The notes: generated by a model not told the origin, from the sequence alone. A DNA stretch of 64,000 nucleotides from Candidatus Eremiobacteria bacterium (GCA_963737065.1 CAVTRC010000001.1:1120001-1184000), one strand, 5' to 3'. Positions 20,303 to 30,730 are shown, counted from the first letter of the stretch. Numbers and translations are program-made.

Positions 20303-22399
20303 TCAGGCGTTCCGTGCGATGGTCACGATCATGACCGGTTCATCGTGCGCGCGGCCCGACGTTTCTTCTTTCGCGAGCGACAACGCTTGACCGACGTTTG
20401 CGAGGCCGCTGAAATCGGCAATCTTTCCGCCATGGATTACAAAGAGTTCAGGCAATGCGCGGCCGACGTCACCGAACGACGTCGCCGCTTCAATTGCTCG
20501 CGGCAGCGCCTCGTCGAGCGCTCCCGCGGTCGTACGCTCGAACTCGGCGTCGCGCACCGCGAGGCGAACGACGGCGCGTTCATCGACGATTCGAACGTCT
20601 CGCGCGCAGACGAAGGCGTCGAGCAGAGCCGTGCACGCGATTCGCTCGACGGATGCGATATCGACGCCCATTGCATGGGCGGCAGCCGCGCGGCGCTGCT
20701 CCACGTCGTAGGTGCCGTGTCCGGCCGCTTCCACCATCGCGGTCGCGCCGGACGCCGTCGCGCGCACGCGATTGCGCTGCGGGTCAATTTCGACGCTGAC
20801 CTCGATCCGGTCGGGCGATGCACCGGAGGCGATAACACGATCCGCGGCCTCGGTTCGGATACGCACGATGTCGTCGGGCGTGGGATCGACGATCGTTCGT
20901 TCGACCACGTCGCGCACGAGCGCAAGCGCAACGCCGATCGGCGAGATAACATCCGCATCACGCGCGATGCGATAACGGAATTCGCCGGCTTGCGCAACGA
21001 ACGGCACCAGCGCCGCCGCGCCGCCCCCGCCGCCGACCAAAACGAGGCGGTCGCGCGGTAATTCGTAATCAGCGATCAACTCATCGATCAACGGCAGCAC
21101 TTTTGCCGATGCGAGTTCGAGCATTCGCCGTGCAAGCGCTTCCGCCGTAGCGTTGCACTCGCGCGCAAGTACATCGAACGCCGCCCGCGCGGAGCCCGTG
21201 TTTCCGCGTGCGAATGCGTCGTCGGGGACGTAGCCGAGAAGATTGCTCGCGCACGTCGGCGTCACCGTCGCAAACGACCCGTCGGACAAAATGAACCGCA
21301 CGTAATCGGGCGGATCGTGCGGCGTTGGTGCGAAGCGCTCGATGCGCGCGCTCGCGAAGGCGCGCTCGTCGAGAAACGTCGCGTACTGACAGCCGGCGAT
21401 GTGCGCGGAACGCGGCCCCACGTCGATCAGCTCTTTCGCGTTCATGCGCGGCATACTGCCGCCCGCGACACCGAGCGTGCGCGAATCGATCGTCCGCAAC
21501 ATCGTACGATGGCCGCCAACCCGCGCGGGACGCATCTGCGGTTGACCCGCCCGGATTGCCGACGCATCGACGCTCGTTCCGCCCACTTCGAGAAATATAC
21601 CGTCCGTCACGTTTTCGTAGAGTAACGCACCGGCGACGCCGGCCGCCGGACCGGAGAGCATCGTGAGAATCGGCCGGCGTTCAATCTCGGCAACGTCCAT
21701 GACGCCGCCGTCCGAACGCATGATCATGAGCGGGGCGGCAATCGTGGCGTGTTCGACTGCCTGCGCCGTCATCGTTGCCGTGCGCACCATTTTCGGAAGA
21801 ATCGCCGCGTTCAACGCAGCGGTGCGCGTGCGCGCGCGCAAACCGTACATCGACGAAACATCGTGGCCGCTCGTCGCAAAGAGTCCACGCGCGCGCGCAG
21901 CCGTCATCACGCGTCCTTCACGATCGGGCGCGTCCACGCCGAACGCTTCGCTCGCAGCAATCACTTCGACGCCATCTCGAGCGAGCGAGGCGACCGCAGC
22001 GTCAACGGCGTCGCCATTGCCGTGAACGAATATAAATCGAGGCGCAAACTCGACGCCGGGCGCGAGCGTGACCGGGCGAAACCGCATCTGCGCGCGCGCA
22101 AGCCACCCGCCACGTTGCGTAACCCCGACGACGCCCACCTTCGCGACGTCACCCTCGAGCAATGCATTCGTCGCCTGCGTTGTTGAATGCGCGATGAAGG
22201 CGACGTCGTCCGGTGCAACGCCGCTGCCCGAGAGGAGCCGTTCGATTCCGGCAATGATGCCGGCGGCGACACCGTTCGTCGCATCGTGCGTCGTCGGAAC
22301 TTTCACCTTTGCGACCAATTCACGCGTGGCGGCATCGATGGCGACGACGTCGGTAAACGTTCCGCCCACGTCGACGCCGAGCCGCAGCTTGCGTCGCAA
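20303..22399 (-). CDS. Hydantoinase A/oxoprolinase-family ATPase
   Basis: GVDVGGTFTD, HSTTQATNALLEG, LSGPAAG, EVGGTS. Confidence 0.85.
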   Translation of the reverse strand: MRRKLRLGVDVGGTFTDVVAIDAATRELVAKVKVPTTHDATNGVAAGIIAGIERLLSGSGVAPDDVAFIAHSTTQATNALLEGDVAKVGVVGVTQRGGWLARAQMRFRPVTLAPGVEFAPRFIFVHGNGDAVDAAVASLARDGVEVIAASEAFGVDAPDREGRVMTAARARGLFATSGHDVSSMYGLRARTRTAALNAAILPKMVRTATMTAQAVEHATIAAPLMIMRSDGGVMDVAEIERRPILTMLSGPAAGVAGALLYENVTDGIFLEVGGTSVDASAIRAGQPQMRPARVGGHRTMLRTIDSRTLGVAGGSMPRMNAKELIDVGPRSAHIAGCQYATFLDERAFASARIERFAPTPHDPPDYVRFILSDGSFATVTPTCASNLLGYVPDDAFARGNTGSARAAFDVLARECNATAEALARRMLELASAKVLPLIDELIADYELPRDRLVLVGGGGGAAALVPFVAQAGEFRYRIARDADVISPIGVALALVRDVVERTIVDPTPDDIVRIRTEAADRVIASGASPDRIEVSVEIDPQRNRVRATASGATAMVEAAGHGTYDVEQRRAAAAHAMGVDIASVERIACTALLDAFVCARDVRIVDERAVVRLAVRDAEFERTTAGALDEALPRAIEAATSFGDVGRALPELFVIHGGKIADFSGLANVGQALSLAKEETSGRAHDEPVMIVTIARNA

Positions 22400-23305
22400 C
22401 TAAATCGGAAATTCGCGCGTCGCGTCGTACGCCGCGCGGCCAACGGCGGCGATAACCGCATCCCGCGCCGGTTCGTCGCCGTGCGCGTCCGCGAGCATCG
22501 CCACGATGATGACCGACCGGCCAAAGATATTCACGATGCCGACGTCGTTCGTCGCAGCCGTTACGCCGTTCGATGATGCCGACGTGCCCGTTTTATGCGC
22601 CACAAGCGTGCCGGCGGGGAACGCCGCGCGCAATCGCCCGGGGAACGTCGTGCTTTTCGCCAGCATGTCGAACAGCGTGGACTGCGAGTCTCGTGAGAGC
22701 AACCTTCCATTGTTGAAATCGGAAAGCAATGCGCTCAGAGCGGACGGTTTGGCGAATCCGTTGTCGCTCGCATCGATCAGAATGCCACCATATCCGAGCG
22801 CGCGCAGCTGCGCGTTTGCGCTATCCGCGCCACCGACGAGCCGGAGCAACGCTTTTGCCGCGGTATTGTCGCTGTTCTCGATCATGAGCCGGACGAGCTC
22901 CGAGAGCGCATATTGCGTGCGCGCGGGATAGTTCGTCGCGACGTCGCTCACCGTTTGCACTACATCGTCGGGTTGAATCGTCACTTCGCGCGCGCCTTCC
23001 AGCGTGCCGGCATCGATGGCGCGATAGATGAGGATCGCGATCGGCAGCTTTTGCACGCTCTGCATCGGCATTGATTCGTCGCCGTTGACCGAAGCCGTCG
23101 AACCGGTAGCAAGATCGATCACGACTGCACCGAGCGCGCCGCCGAGCTTCTTTGCGCGTGCCTGCGCATCGTCGATACCGTTCGATAGCAGTTCGCGCTC
23201 CGAGACCGGTGCGGGCGTTGCGGTTTGAACGATCGCCGGCGACGGCAGCGGAATCGGCGGCGTAGGAGTTGGCGGGAAGAGCTGAGCGAGCAGAAACGCG
23301 ATCAT
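22400..23305 (-). CDS. Class A beta-lactamase-fold serine hydrolase lacking the omega loop
   Basis: SxxK (MQSVQK), SDN, HKTGT present; no E166-bearing omega loop. Confidence 0.8.
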   Translation of the reverse strand: MIAFLLAQLFPPTPTPPIPLPSPAIVQTATPAPVSERELLSNGIDDAQARAKKLGGALGAVVIDLATGSTASVNGDESMPMQSVQKLPIAILIYRAIDAGTLEGAREVTIQPDDVVQTVSDVATNYPARTQYALSELVRLMIENSDNTAAKALLRLVGGADSANAQLRALGYGGILIDASDNGFAKPSALSALLSDFNNGRLLSRDSQSTLFDMLAKSTTFPGRLRAAFPAGTLVAHKTGTSASSNGVTAATNDVGIVNIFGRSVIIVAMLADAHGDEPARDAVIAAVGRAAYDATREFPI

Positions 23306-24687
23306 ACGGTAACGCTTCGAGCGATCTCGTCATAGAGTAACGTCATCGTTAGAATGCCGCCGAAGAACTGCGAAAGCGTGAACTTCTCATTCGGCGCGTG
23401 AATCTGATCGTCCGGCAGCCCGACGCCGATCAAAACTTGCGGCAATCTGAGAACGCGCGCGAAACTTGCGACCGGGCCGATCGAACCGCCCGTTCCGATG
23501 AAGACGGGCGGTTTACCGAATCCGGCTTCCATCGCGCGCGCCGCCGCGGCAACGACGGGATGATCGCGCGGAATGACGACGGCCGGCACGTCACCCGCGT
23601 GGTCGACTTCGACTCGGACGCCGCTCGGCGCGATGTGCGTGATGTACGCCGCAACGGCTTCACGAATGCGGGGCGGATCTTGATCGCCGACGAGGCGTGC
23701 GGAAATCTTCGCTTTCGCCCAGGACGGAATGATTGTCTTGCTCCCGGGACCTTGGTAGCCGCCCCAAATTCCGTTGCACTCGAGCGTCGGGCGAAACCAC
23801 ATGCGTTCCAGCGGCAGACGTCCGCTTTCGCCGGCGAGCGACGTGACGCCGAGCTGCGAAGCCTCTTTCGCTTCGTCGAACGGCAGTGTGCGCAGTTCGC
23901 CGAGCGCGGCCGGTTCGAGTTCCGGCACGCCCTCGTAAAAGCCGGGTACCATGACGCGGCCATCCGCGTTTTTTAGTTCAGCGATAATATGCGCGAGCGC
24001 TTCAATCGGATTGCGAACGATGCCGCCGAAATATCCGGAGTGGACATCGGCCGACGGCCCGTGGACTGTAATCTCCCAGTGCACGAGCCCGCGTACGCTC
24101 GTCGTCAACGACGGAACGTCTTCCGCGTATACGGCCGTATCGCTGATCACGGCGACGTCCGCGGTGAAAAGATCGTTGTAGCGCTCGAGTGCAGCCTCGA
24201 AGTTCGGCGAGCCGATTTCCTCTTCGCCTTCCACGACGACTTTGACGTTCACGGGAAGGCGGCCGCGCGTGCGCATGTGCGCTTCGATCGCGGCGAGGTG
24301 CATCGATACTTGGCCCTTGTCGTCAACGGCGCCGCGACCGAAGATCTTTCCGTCGCGCACCGTGCCTTCGAACGGCGGCGTCGTCCACAGCTCCACCGGA
24401 TCGGCCGGCTGCACGTCGTAGTGTCCGTAGATCAGCACGGTCGGTGAGCCGGGCGCGCCCATCCATTGACCGAAAGCAATCGGATTGCCGCCCGTTTCGA
24501 GCACTTGCGCATCGAGTCCGATTTCGCGCATGCGTTCGACCAAGCGCGCGCAGCAGCGCGCTACGTCGTCGCGATGACTCGGATCGGCGGAAATCGACGG
24601 AATGGCGATCCAGCGCTTCAGCTCATCGAGGTGCGAATCGCGATGCGTTTCGCAGTATTGCGCTAAGTCCGAATCGATCGTGTGCAT
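23302..24687 (-). CDS. M20 family dipeptidase
   Basis: YGHYDVQP, GRGAVDDKG, EGEEEIGS, HAPNEK. Confidence 0.92.
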   Translation of the reverse strand: MHTIDSDLAQYCETHRDSHLDELKRWIAIPSISADPSHRDDVARCCARLVERMREIGLDAQVLETGGNPIAFGQWMGAPGSPTVLIYGHYDVQPADPVELWTTPPFEGTVRDGKIFGRGAVDDKGQVSMHLAAIEAHMRTRGRLPVNVKVVVEGEEEIGSPNFEAALERYNDLFTADVAVISDTAVYAEDVPSLTTSVRGLVHWEITVHGPSADVHSGYFGGIVRNPIEALAHIIAELKNADGRVMVPGFYEGVPELEPAALGELRTLPFDEAKEASQLGVTSLAGESGRLPLERMWFRPTLECNGIWGGYQGPGSKTIIPSWAKAKISARLVGDQDPPRIREAVAAYITHIAPSGVRVEVDHAGDVPAVVIPRDHPVVAAAARAMEAGFGKPPVFIGTGGSIGPVASFARVLRLPQVLIGVGLPDDQIHAPNEKFTLSQFFGGILTMTLLYDEIARSVTV

Positions 24688-24703
24688 ACGGTACTAACGA
24701 ACC

Positions 24704-26701
24704 TCAAGACGACGGAACGTACGGCGCTCCAAGTTGGACTTCGACGGAAGTGCCGTTTCGCTCTACCTCAAACGAATGCGGCTTGCCGTCGTATGCGCGG
24801 AGTTGCGTCTGATACGTGCCATATTCCCACCAAAACCTTCCGTCCACTTTGTCGACCACGTCGTTCGTGCGTAGCCCCGCGACGTACGCCGGTCCGCCCG
24901 CACGGACGTAGGTGCGCATATTGCCGTCGACGGTCTTGAAGAGCGCGTAGTAGTACGTTGGTGGATCGCCCGCGACTGCGGCGAGGCCGTTGTCGAGTAA
25001 GGCGGTCGCGCGTGGCGAGCCTGACGCCCACGCGAGCAATCGCGCCACACCTTGCGCCGCGAGTTGATCTGCGAGCGCGGGCGTGGCCGCTGGGGCGGTG
25101 GCGTGATCGTGCCATTCATCAACGATCCATCCGCCGCAATCTTCCAGCCGCACGCCGACATCGAGGTCGCTTCCCTCGATCAATTCGAACGTCGATGTGG
25201 ACACGAACACGTACGCAGCGTACGGTTTGCGCGCGCAGTCCTTCGCATCGGGATCGTCGTGATGCGAAAACGCGTGCATCGACGCACGCTGCAGGTCGTG
25301 AACCACAGCGGTCGCCGCCGCTCGCGAGAGTGCTGCTCCGTCGTCATCTACCGCGATCTTTCCGCGGGCGCTCGGTTGAGCAAAGAATCCCGGCGCGGTC
25401 TGCGCGTCTGCCGGTGCGACGGCGAACGCGAACGGCTGCGTGCCGAAGAGCGGAACGCTCGCAAACACCGCGAGAATCGCCGCAGCGGTTGCTACGCCTA
25501 CTTGATACGGCAACGTACGTTTCGTGATCGTATCGGTCGGAACGCCCGTGAAGTTCGCCACCCAAACGTTAGCGGTGTTTGTCGGATCGCACACGTTTTG
25601 CACTTGTACGACGGCCATCACCGCAGCGACCAGCACGATGGGCGGTAACGCGTGCGACGCGAGCAGCACCGTAAAGACCGCGATGCCGACGCCGAATGGA
25701 TTGAGCGGTCCGCGGTAGAGTGTCAGCGGGCTGAGCAGTCCGAAAAGCGCAACGAATGCAATCGGATTGTGAATCCACGCCCCGCTAACGAGTGGGCCCA
25801 TTGCAGAGGCGACTTGCGGCGCTTTCGTCGCCTGCAGCAACATCCCGATCCCAATGAAAAGCAGGACCGCAGGCGCGACGTCTTCGACGCCGCGAATCGC
25901 AGCGGCAACGAGCGTCGGAATCGCGCGCTGCGGACGTGTTACCAGCACGCCGAAGATTGAAGAGAGCGCAAATGCCAGCATCGTGTCGAGCCGTAAAGCA
26001 AAATAGAGAACGATCGGAAGCACCGGCGTGAGCAACGCGATTGCGGGAACTCCGGCGGCGCGATCGCCTTCCGCCTTGAGCGCCCACGTCGCGTATCCGC
26101 GCTCGCGGCGGAACGAAATCGCCGCATACACGATAAGCGCCGCCGCGTCGACGGCGGCGAGCAGCATGGCAAAATGCGCGAGCTGTTGCGGCAGCACACC
26201 AAAGAGCTGCGTGTAGAACTTCCAGTTCGTCAGGTTGAAGATGAAACCGAGCGCGAACGACATCAGAAACATCGTCGCCGCAATCGTACGCGGAACGCCG
26301 GTCGTCATCATGATCGGTAACACGATCGAGCCGACCATGATGATCGCGCCGAGCCCGGACAGCGACGTAAAGAGCAATGCGACGACCGCGCACAGCACGA
26401 GCGCGAGTATGAGGGGCTGTTCGCCGCCGTACTCGGCTGCCAGATTGACGAGCGCTCGCGCTATCCCGGTGTCCAGCGTCACGCGGGCGAGCAACGCACC
26501 GAAGATGACCGTCACATAGACGGGCGCAAGCGACGATGCACCGGCGACCACGAGCGAAGCGATCTGCGGAAGAGGAACGCGCACGACGAGCATCATCGCG
26601 ACGGCCATCGATGGAACGGCCACGATCGCGGGCATCCACCGGCGGAACATCATCACGGCGAACGCGGCAAAGACGCCGAGCACGAGAAGCGCCCCGATCA
26701 C
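24704..26701 (-). CDS. Ion-transporter-superfamily (GntP/CitMHS-like) permease fused to soluble PDZ-containing C-terminus
   Basis: ~420 aa polytopic region (LYRGPLNPFG, CDPTNT) followed by soluble region with GGPA..AGLRTNDVV.KVDG. Confidence 0.7.
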   Translation of the reverse strand: MIGALLVLGVFAAFAVMMFRRWMPAIVAVPSMAVAMMLVVRVPLPQIASLVVAGASSLAPVYVTVIFGALLARVTLDTGIARALVNLAAEYGGEQPLILALVLCAVVALLFTSLSGLGAIIMVGSIVLPIMMTTGVPRTIAATMFLMSFALGFIFNLTNWKFYTQLFGVLPQQLAHFAMLLAAVDAAALIVYAAISFRRERGYATWALKAEGDRAAGVPAIALLTPVLPIVLYFALRLDTMLAFALSSIFGVLVTRPQRAIPTLVAAAIRGVEDVAPAVLLFIGIGMLLQATKAPQVASAMGPLVSGAWIHNPIAFVALFGLLSPLTLYRGPLNPFGVGIAVFTVLLASHALPPIVLVAAVMAVVQVQNVCDPTNTANVWVANFTGVPTDTITKRTLPYQVGVATAAAILAVFASVPLFGTQPFAFAVAPADAQTAPGFFAQPSARGKIAVDDDGAALSRAAATAVVHDLQRASMHAFSHHDDPDAKDCARKPYAAYVFVSTSTFELIEGSDLDVGVRLEDCGGWIVDEWHDHATAPAATPALADQLAAQGVARLLAWASGSPRATALLDNGLAAVAGDPPTYYYALFKTVDGNMRTYVRAGGPAYVAGLRTNDVVDKVDGRFWWEYGTYQTQLRAYDGKPHSFEVERNGTSVEVQLGAPYVPSS

Positions 26702-28599
26702 TGAATGATACTTTCGAGCTCCGGGAGCGCCTTTTTCGCTTCGTAGAATTGATACGTTACGCGGTCGATCGCATCGGCGCGGCGGATCGCGGTTTGCGCG
26801 TCAATATGATAGCGCTCGAGGTTGCTCGCGAGGTGGCTCTCGCGATCCTCGTACCTCCACGCGCGCGCATAAAGCGGCTCTAGCACCTCGTCCGAATCGC
26901 GTTGCTCCCAGAACCAATACTTGCACCAGTAGAAATCGCGTTCCGCATTGGCCGGGTGCGTCTTCGCGTCATCGTAGTAGAAGCGTACTTCCCGTGCAAT
27001 TTGATAACGGCGTCCAAGAGCATCATAACGGCGCGCGGCGAGCAACATCACGTCCGCAGCGTTTGCATGCAGTGGCGGATGCGCGAAATACAAGTCGGCT
27101 TCGACCTGCTCTGCCGCGAGTCGCAGCGCGGAAAGATCGACGTTCGCCATGCGCGACGCGCTCCATGGATCGAACGGATCGGCCCAAAAGCGTTTGTTGC
27201 TCGGCTGGGGCATACGCGCGTCCATTGCTCCAAGTATGTCGATGTCGCGCGTGTAGCGTGGGTCGTCAACGCCGAAAAAGGCCGAGGCAAAATCGCGTTG
27301 GAAGCTTGCCGATGCGGAGTTTCCTCCCCACGCGAGCGCGCCGGAATAGAGAACGGGATACCACGTCGACTCGAAGAGCGTCTCACCATCGTCGTGCCAG
27401 ACCGTTTGAAACAACCCGAACACGTGCGCGTCGATACCCTCGCTGATGAAGCGTGCTTCGTTCGGTAGCGCAGCCTGTAAATCGGGGAAGATTTCGTTCC
27501 AATTGTTGGCTCCCGGCGCGACCATTTGGTCGAAGCCGCCATTGGCGATCGTCGAAATGTACCGCATGTACGACGGCTCAGCGCCATAGTGCCAGTTCAC
27601 GATCACGGCATTCTTTGGAATGTGCTGCATGATCGACGGATCGCTCTCGATGCCATCGTCCCAGAGCATCACCCGCGCCGGCGCCACGAGTCGCGCCATA
27701 TCCCTGATGTGCGCGGCGTACACAGCAGAGCGTCCGCCGTTCGCATGGACGTACGCGGTCGTTTGCCCTTCGCCCAGCGTCGCGGTCTCGTCGGAGCCGA
27801 TGTGAAAAAACGGCACATCGCCGACCGCTGCACGTTCTTGCCCGATAATGCGCGCAAGGTACTCATTGGTCTCGCTCACATTGGGCGAAAGCAAAAACCC
27901 GTGCGGAAACTCGGCCATGTTGGCGTACCGCTCGACACGCAGCGTATTGTGCATGTGCGCGAACGTCTGTTGTTCCGGAATGAACGTAACGTGGTAGCGA
28001 GCCGCGTATCTTTTGAGTTCGCGCAGTTGTGCGGGTGTGATACCGTCGAGCGGCGCCGGAAGCGGATCGGTCGGGCTCAAGAAGACGTGCTCGATATACG
28101 GCGAGTAGCCGTTCATCTTGAACGCTGCGATCGTGCGAATTCTTTCCTTGAAATACCGCATCGTCGGCAATGGTCCACGCGAAACATCGTCGGAGAGCAC
28201 GCGCCATCGAAGCTTCGGCGCATCGACGATCTTCACGCACGGCAACTGCCACCGGCCATCGACCCGCACGGGCAGTTGCGCAAGCGTCATTGCGCCGTAG
28301 AACGCGCCGTCCGTGTCCGAACTCGCGATCGTTACGCCTGCAGCGTCGGCGCGCAGCCGGTAGCCTTGCGCCGCAATCGTCGCGTCACGTTCGAAACGCA
28401 CGCGCGCGTCGGTCATCGGCCGCAGCGGTTCAATGCCGACGGCGCGCCATCGCTCGTTCACCTCATCGAGCGCCGCTGCATCGATCGAGCGCGCGACCGT
28501 ACGCGGGACCGGCACGTACGCGCACGAGGCCGGTGTAACGGCGGCAGGCAATGGAATGACGTGAATCGCGACGATCGCGAAAACCGCGAACATCGTCAC
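26698..28599 (-). CDS. GH20 beta-N-acetylhexosaminidase
   Basis: D.P...R...DVSRG, FKMN, FHIGSDET catalytic DE pair; GTGA overlap start. Confidence 0.88.
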   Translation of the reverse strand: MTMFAVFAIVAIHVIPLPAAVTPASCAYVPVPRTVARSIDAAALDEVNERWRAVGIEPLRPMTDARVRFERDATIAAQGYRLRADAAGVTIASSDTDGAFYGAMTLAQLPVRVDGRWQLPCVKIVDAPKLRWRVLSDDVSRGPLPTMRYFKERIRTIAAFKMNGYSPYIEHVFLSPTDPLPAPLDGITPAQLRELKRYAARYHVTFIPEQQTFAHMHNTLRVERYANMAEFPHGFLLSPNVSETNEYLARIIGQERAAVGDVPFFHIGSDETATLGEGQTTAYVHANGGRSAVYAAHIRDMARLVAPARVMLWDDGIESDPSIMQHIPKNAVIVNWHYGAEPSYMRYISTIANGGFDQMVAPGANNWNEIFPDLQAALPNEARFISEGIDAHVFGLFQTVWHDDGETLFESTWYPVLYSGALAWGGNSASASFQRDFASAFFGVDDPRYTRDIDILGAMDARMPQPSNKRFWADPFDPWSASRMANVDLSALRLAAEQVEADLYFAHPPLHANAADVMLLAARRYDALGRRYQIAREVRFYYDDAKTHPANAERDFYWCKYWFWEQRDSDEVLEPLYARAWRYEDRESHLASNLERYHIDAQTAIRRADAIDRVTYQFYEAKKALPELESIIQ

Positions 28600-28994
28600 G
28601 AAGCGCCGGCGCGCACGAGCGCTGCGTCGCGCTCGTCGAACGCCGCCGCTAGGCGTGCGGCGTAGTCGTCCAGTGCGCCTGCCGTAATCGAGGGCGCGGA
28701 GTCGGCTAAGTCCAGCAACGCCGCATCCGCGTCGAGGAGTCCGGTCCCGTGGACCGATGTGCGGGACCATTCCAGCGGCGCGAGCGCGCGTTGGTTCGCG
28801 AAGGCCGCACGAACGATCGATGGGTCGAGGACGTCTGCGGCATCGGTGCGCTCGGTCTGCAAGCGGTCGCGCAATTCGGCGATGCGGACGCCGACGTACG
28901 CGCGCAGCTCCTCGTCCGACCTGATGAGGTCCGCCTCGGCCTCGTACCCGGGAAAATCGTTAATTTTTGTGCGGATTCGCTCCAGAACATCCAT
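28596..28994 (-). CDS. Hypothetical helical protein, first gene of GH20 operon
   Basis: MDVLERIRTKINDFPGY...; stop overlaps GH20 start. Confidence 0.65.
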   Translation of the reverse strand: MDVLERIRTKINDFPGYEAEADLIRSDEELRAYVGVRIAELRDRLQTERTDAADVLDPSIVRAAFANQRALAPLEWSRTSVHGTGLLDADAALLDLADSAPSITAGALDDYAARLAAAFDERDAALVRAGAS

Positions 28995-29051
28995 TCCGAA
29001 GGCCATACGACGGGTAAGGCGAGCGCGCCTCGGGAAGACCCGTCGCGAGGA

Positions 29052-30101
29052 ATGGCTGCGATCGTATTCGTCGCGGTCGCCGTTGCGATTGGGGCGGCGA
29101 TGTACGCGTATACCTTGTTCAAGCGGTACGCGCAGGAGCGTCACGAGCACCGCCGCGTCGTCGCGCTGTTTTCGCGCTACATGCCCGCGCCGGTCGTCGA
29201 AGATCTGCTTGCGCGCAAGGACCCACGCTTGCTCGAAGCGCGCGAGTATTACGCAACACTGCTGCACGTGCGAATTCGCAATTTTGCGCTTTTTTCCGAG
29301 CCGCTGACGCCGGAAGAGACGCTGCGGTATCTCAATGAGTTCTACACGATCGTTGGACAAGCGGTTGGGCGGCACCGCGGCTTCATCGAAAGCCTGCGGG
29401 CAGACACGGTCGTCGCCGTCTTCGGCGTTCTCATCGACGAGCGTTTCCAAGAAGAACGAGCCTTACGCGCAGCGCTCGATATCATGCGCGTCGTCGCGGC
29501 CATGGAAGCGCGTTGGCGCGAACAGCGACGCAAACCGTTTACGATCGGTATCGGCGTCAATTCCGGCAAAGTCGTCGCCGGCGACAGCGGATACAAAGAC
29601 CGCCGCGAGTTCGCAGTCATCGGAAATCCCGCGCAGGTTGCCGCGCAACTCGAAGCCGCATCCGAAGAATTGAACGCTTCGATCGTCGCTTCCGAAGCGA
29701 CGTATACTGCGGTTCGCGATCTATTCGTCGGTATTCCGACGTCATCGTTGCCGCTGAAGGGACTGCGGCGTTTGCAAAACGCGTACATTGTGCGCGGACT
29801 CAGCAGGCGCGGTCCGGACGAACGTTCGCTGACGCTTCCGTCGCAGCGGTCGTTTCAGACAACCGTCGTGCATGCGTATGGCGAAGGCGAACCGCCGCCC
29901 GCCGAGGGCCATGTGTACCTTGCGCCTGAAGTCGCTGCGGAAGAACGTGCAGTGGTTGACGAGCGCCTTACTGACACGACGCCCGCGCTGTTCTCGCGCT
30001 TTTCACGCTACGACGACGAGGCGCCGGCGCTGCCGCACGCGCCGCCCGTCGCCGGGATGTACGAAGACGATCAAGGGCCGCCGATCGAGCTGCCCCCGTA
30101 A
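29052..30101 (+). CDS. Membrane-anchored class III nucleotidyl cyclase domain protein, catalytically degenerate
   Basis: FSRYM, LNEFY, VAVFG, IGIGVNSG, LKG scaffold; catalytic residues substituted. Confidence 0.8.
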   Translation: MAAIVFVAVAVAIGAAMYAYTLFKRYAQERHEHRRVVALFSRYMPAPVVEDLLARKDPRLLEAREYYATLLHVRIRNFALFSEPLTPEETLRYLNEFYTIVGQAVGRHRGFIESLRADTVVAVFGVLIDERFQEERALRAALDIMRVVAAMEARWREQRRKPFTIGIGVNSGKVVAGDSGYKDRREFAVIGNPAQVAAQLEAASEELNASIVASEATYTAVRDLFVGIPTSSLPLKGLRRLQNAYIVRGLSRRGPDERSLTLPSQRSFQTTVVHAYGEGEPPPAEGHVYLAPEVAAEERAVVDERLTDTTPALFSRFSRYDDEAPALPHAPPVAGMYEDDQGPPIELPP

Positions 30102-30193
30102 GGTCTGAGCGCGCGCAGAGAACAAAACAATCTGCCCGGGCGTTCGGCGCGTTGAATCGAGGGCACGGCGCAAGCGGCGCGAAGGGAAGACCC

Positions 30194-30730
30194 GTGACTC
30201 AAAACGCCGAGCGGCTCATGGAGCGAGTGTGCGCACGCGACGCAGATGCGTTCGAAGCGCTCTACGACATGCACCATCGCCTGGTGTATGGCCTGGCTGC
30301 TCGAATGTTGGGTGACGCCGCTTCCGCCGAAGACGTAACGCAGGCGGTGTTTTTGAAAATTTGGTCCGCCCCCGAACGGTTTCGTGGGGGCAACTTTACC
30401 GGTTGGATCGTTCGGATGACGCGAAATCGCGCACTCGATGTGCTTCGCGCGCGTCGAACGCACGGCGAAGCAGCGCTGCCCGACACGCTGCCGGAAGAGA
30501 TCGCGATTGAGGATACAGCGTTTGCGAACATTGATGCAGACGTGGTCCGCAATGCACTAGCAACGCTTCCGGCCGAACAGCGGCAACCGATTGAGCTCGG
30601 ATTTTTCGGCGGCGTGACGCACGATGAGATCGCGCGGCGAAGTGGCATTCCGCTCGGAACGATAAAAACGCGCATACGTATGGGGTTGAAGAAACTGAGG
30701 TCGGCACTTGAAGGAACGGTGACGGTATGA
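30194..30730 (+). CDS. ECF sigma factor, SigK-like
   Basis: AEDVTQAVFLKIW, RNRALD, IPLGTIKTRIR. Confidence 0.92.
   Translation: MTQNAERLMERVCARDADAFEALYDMHHRLVYGLAARMLGDAASAEDVTQAVFLKIWSAPERFRGGNFTGWIVRMTRNRALDVLRARRTHGEAALPDTLPEEIAIEDTAFANIDADVVRNALATLPAEQRQPIELGFFGGVTHDEIARRSGIPLGTIKTRIRMGLKKLRSALEGTVTV

Noticed and set aside
22400..23305. Bona fide beta-lactam resistance gene
   Set aside because: It lacks the omega-loop Glu166 and sits in a catabolic operon.
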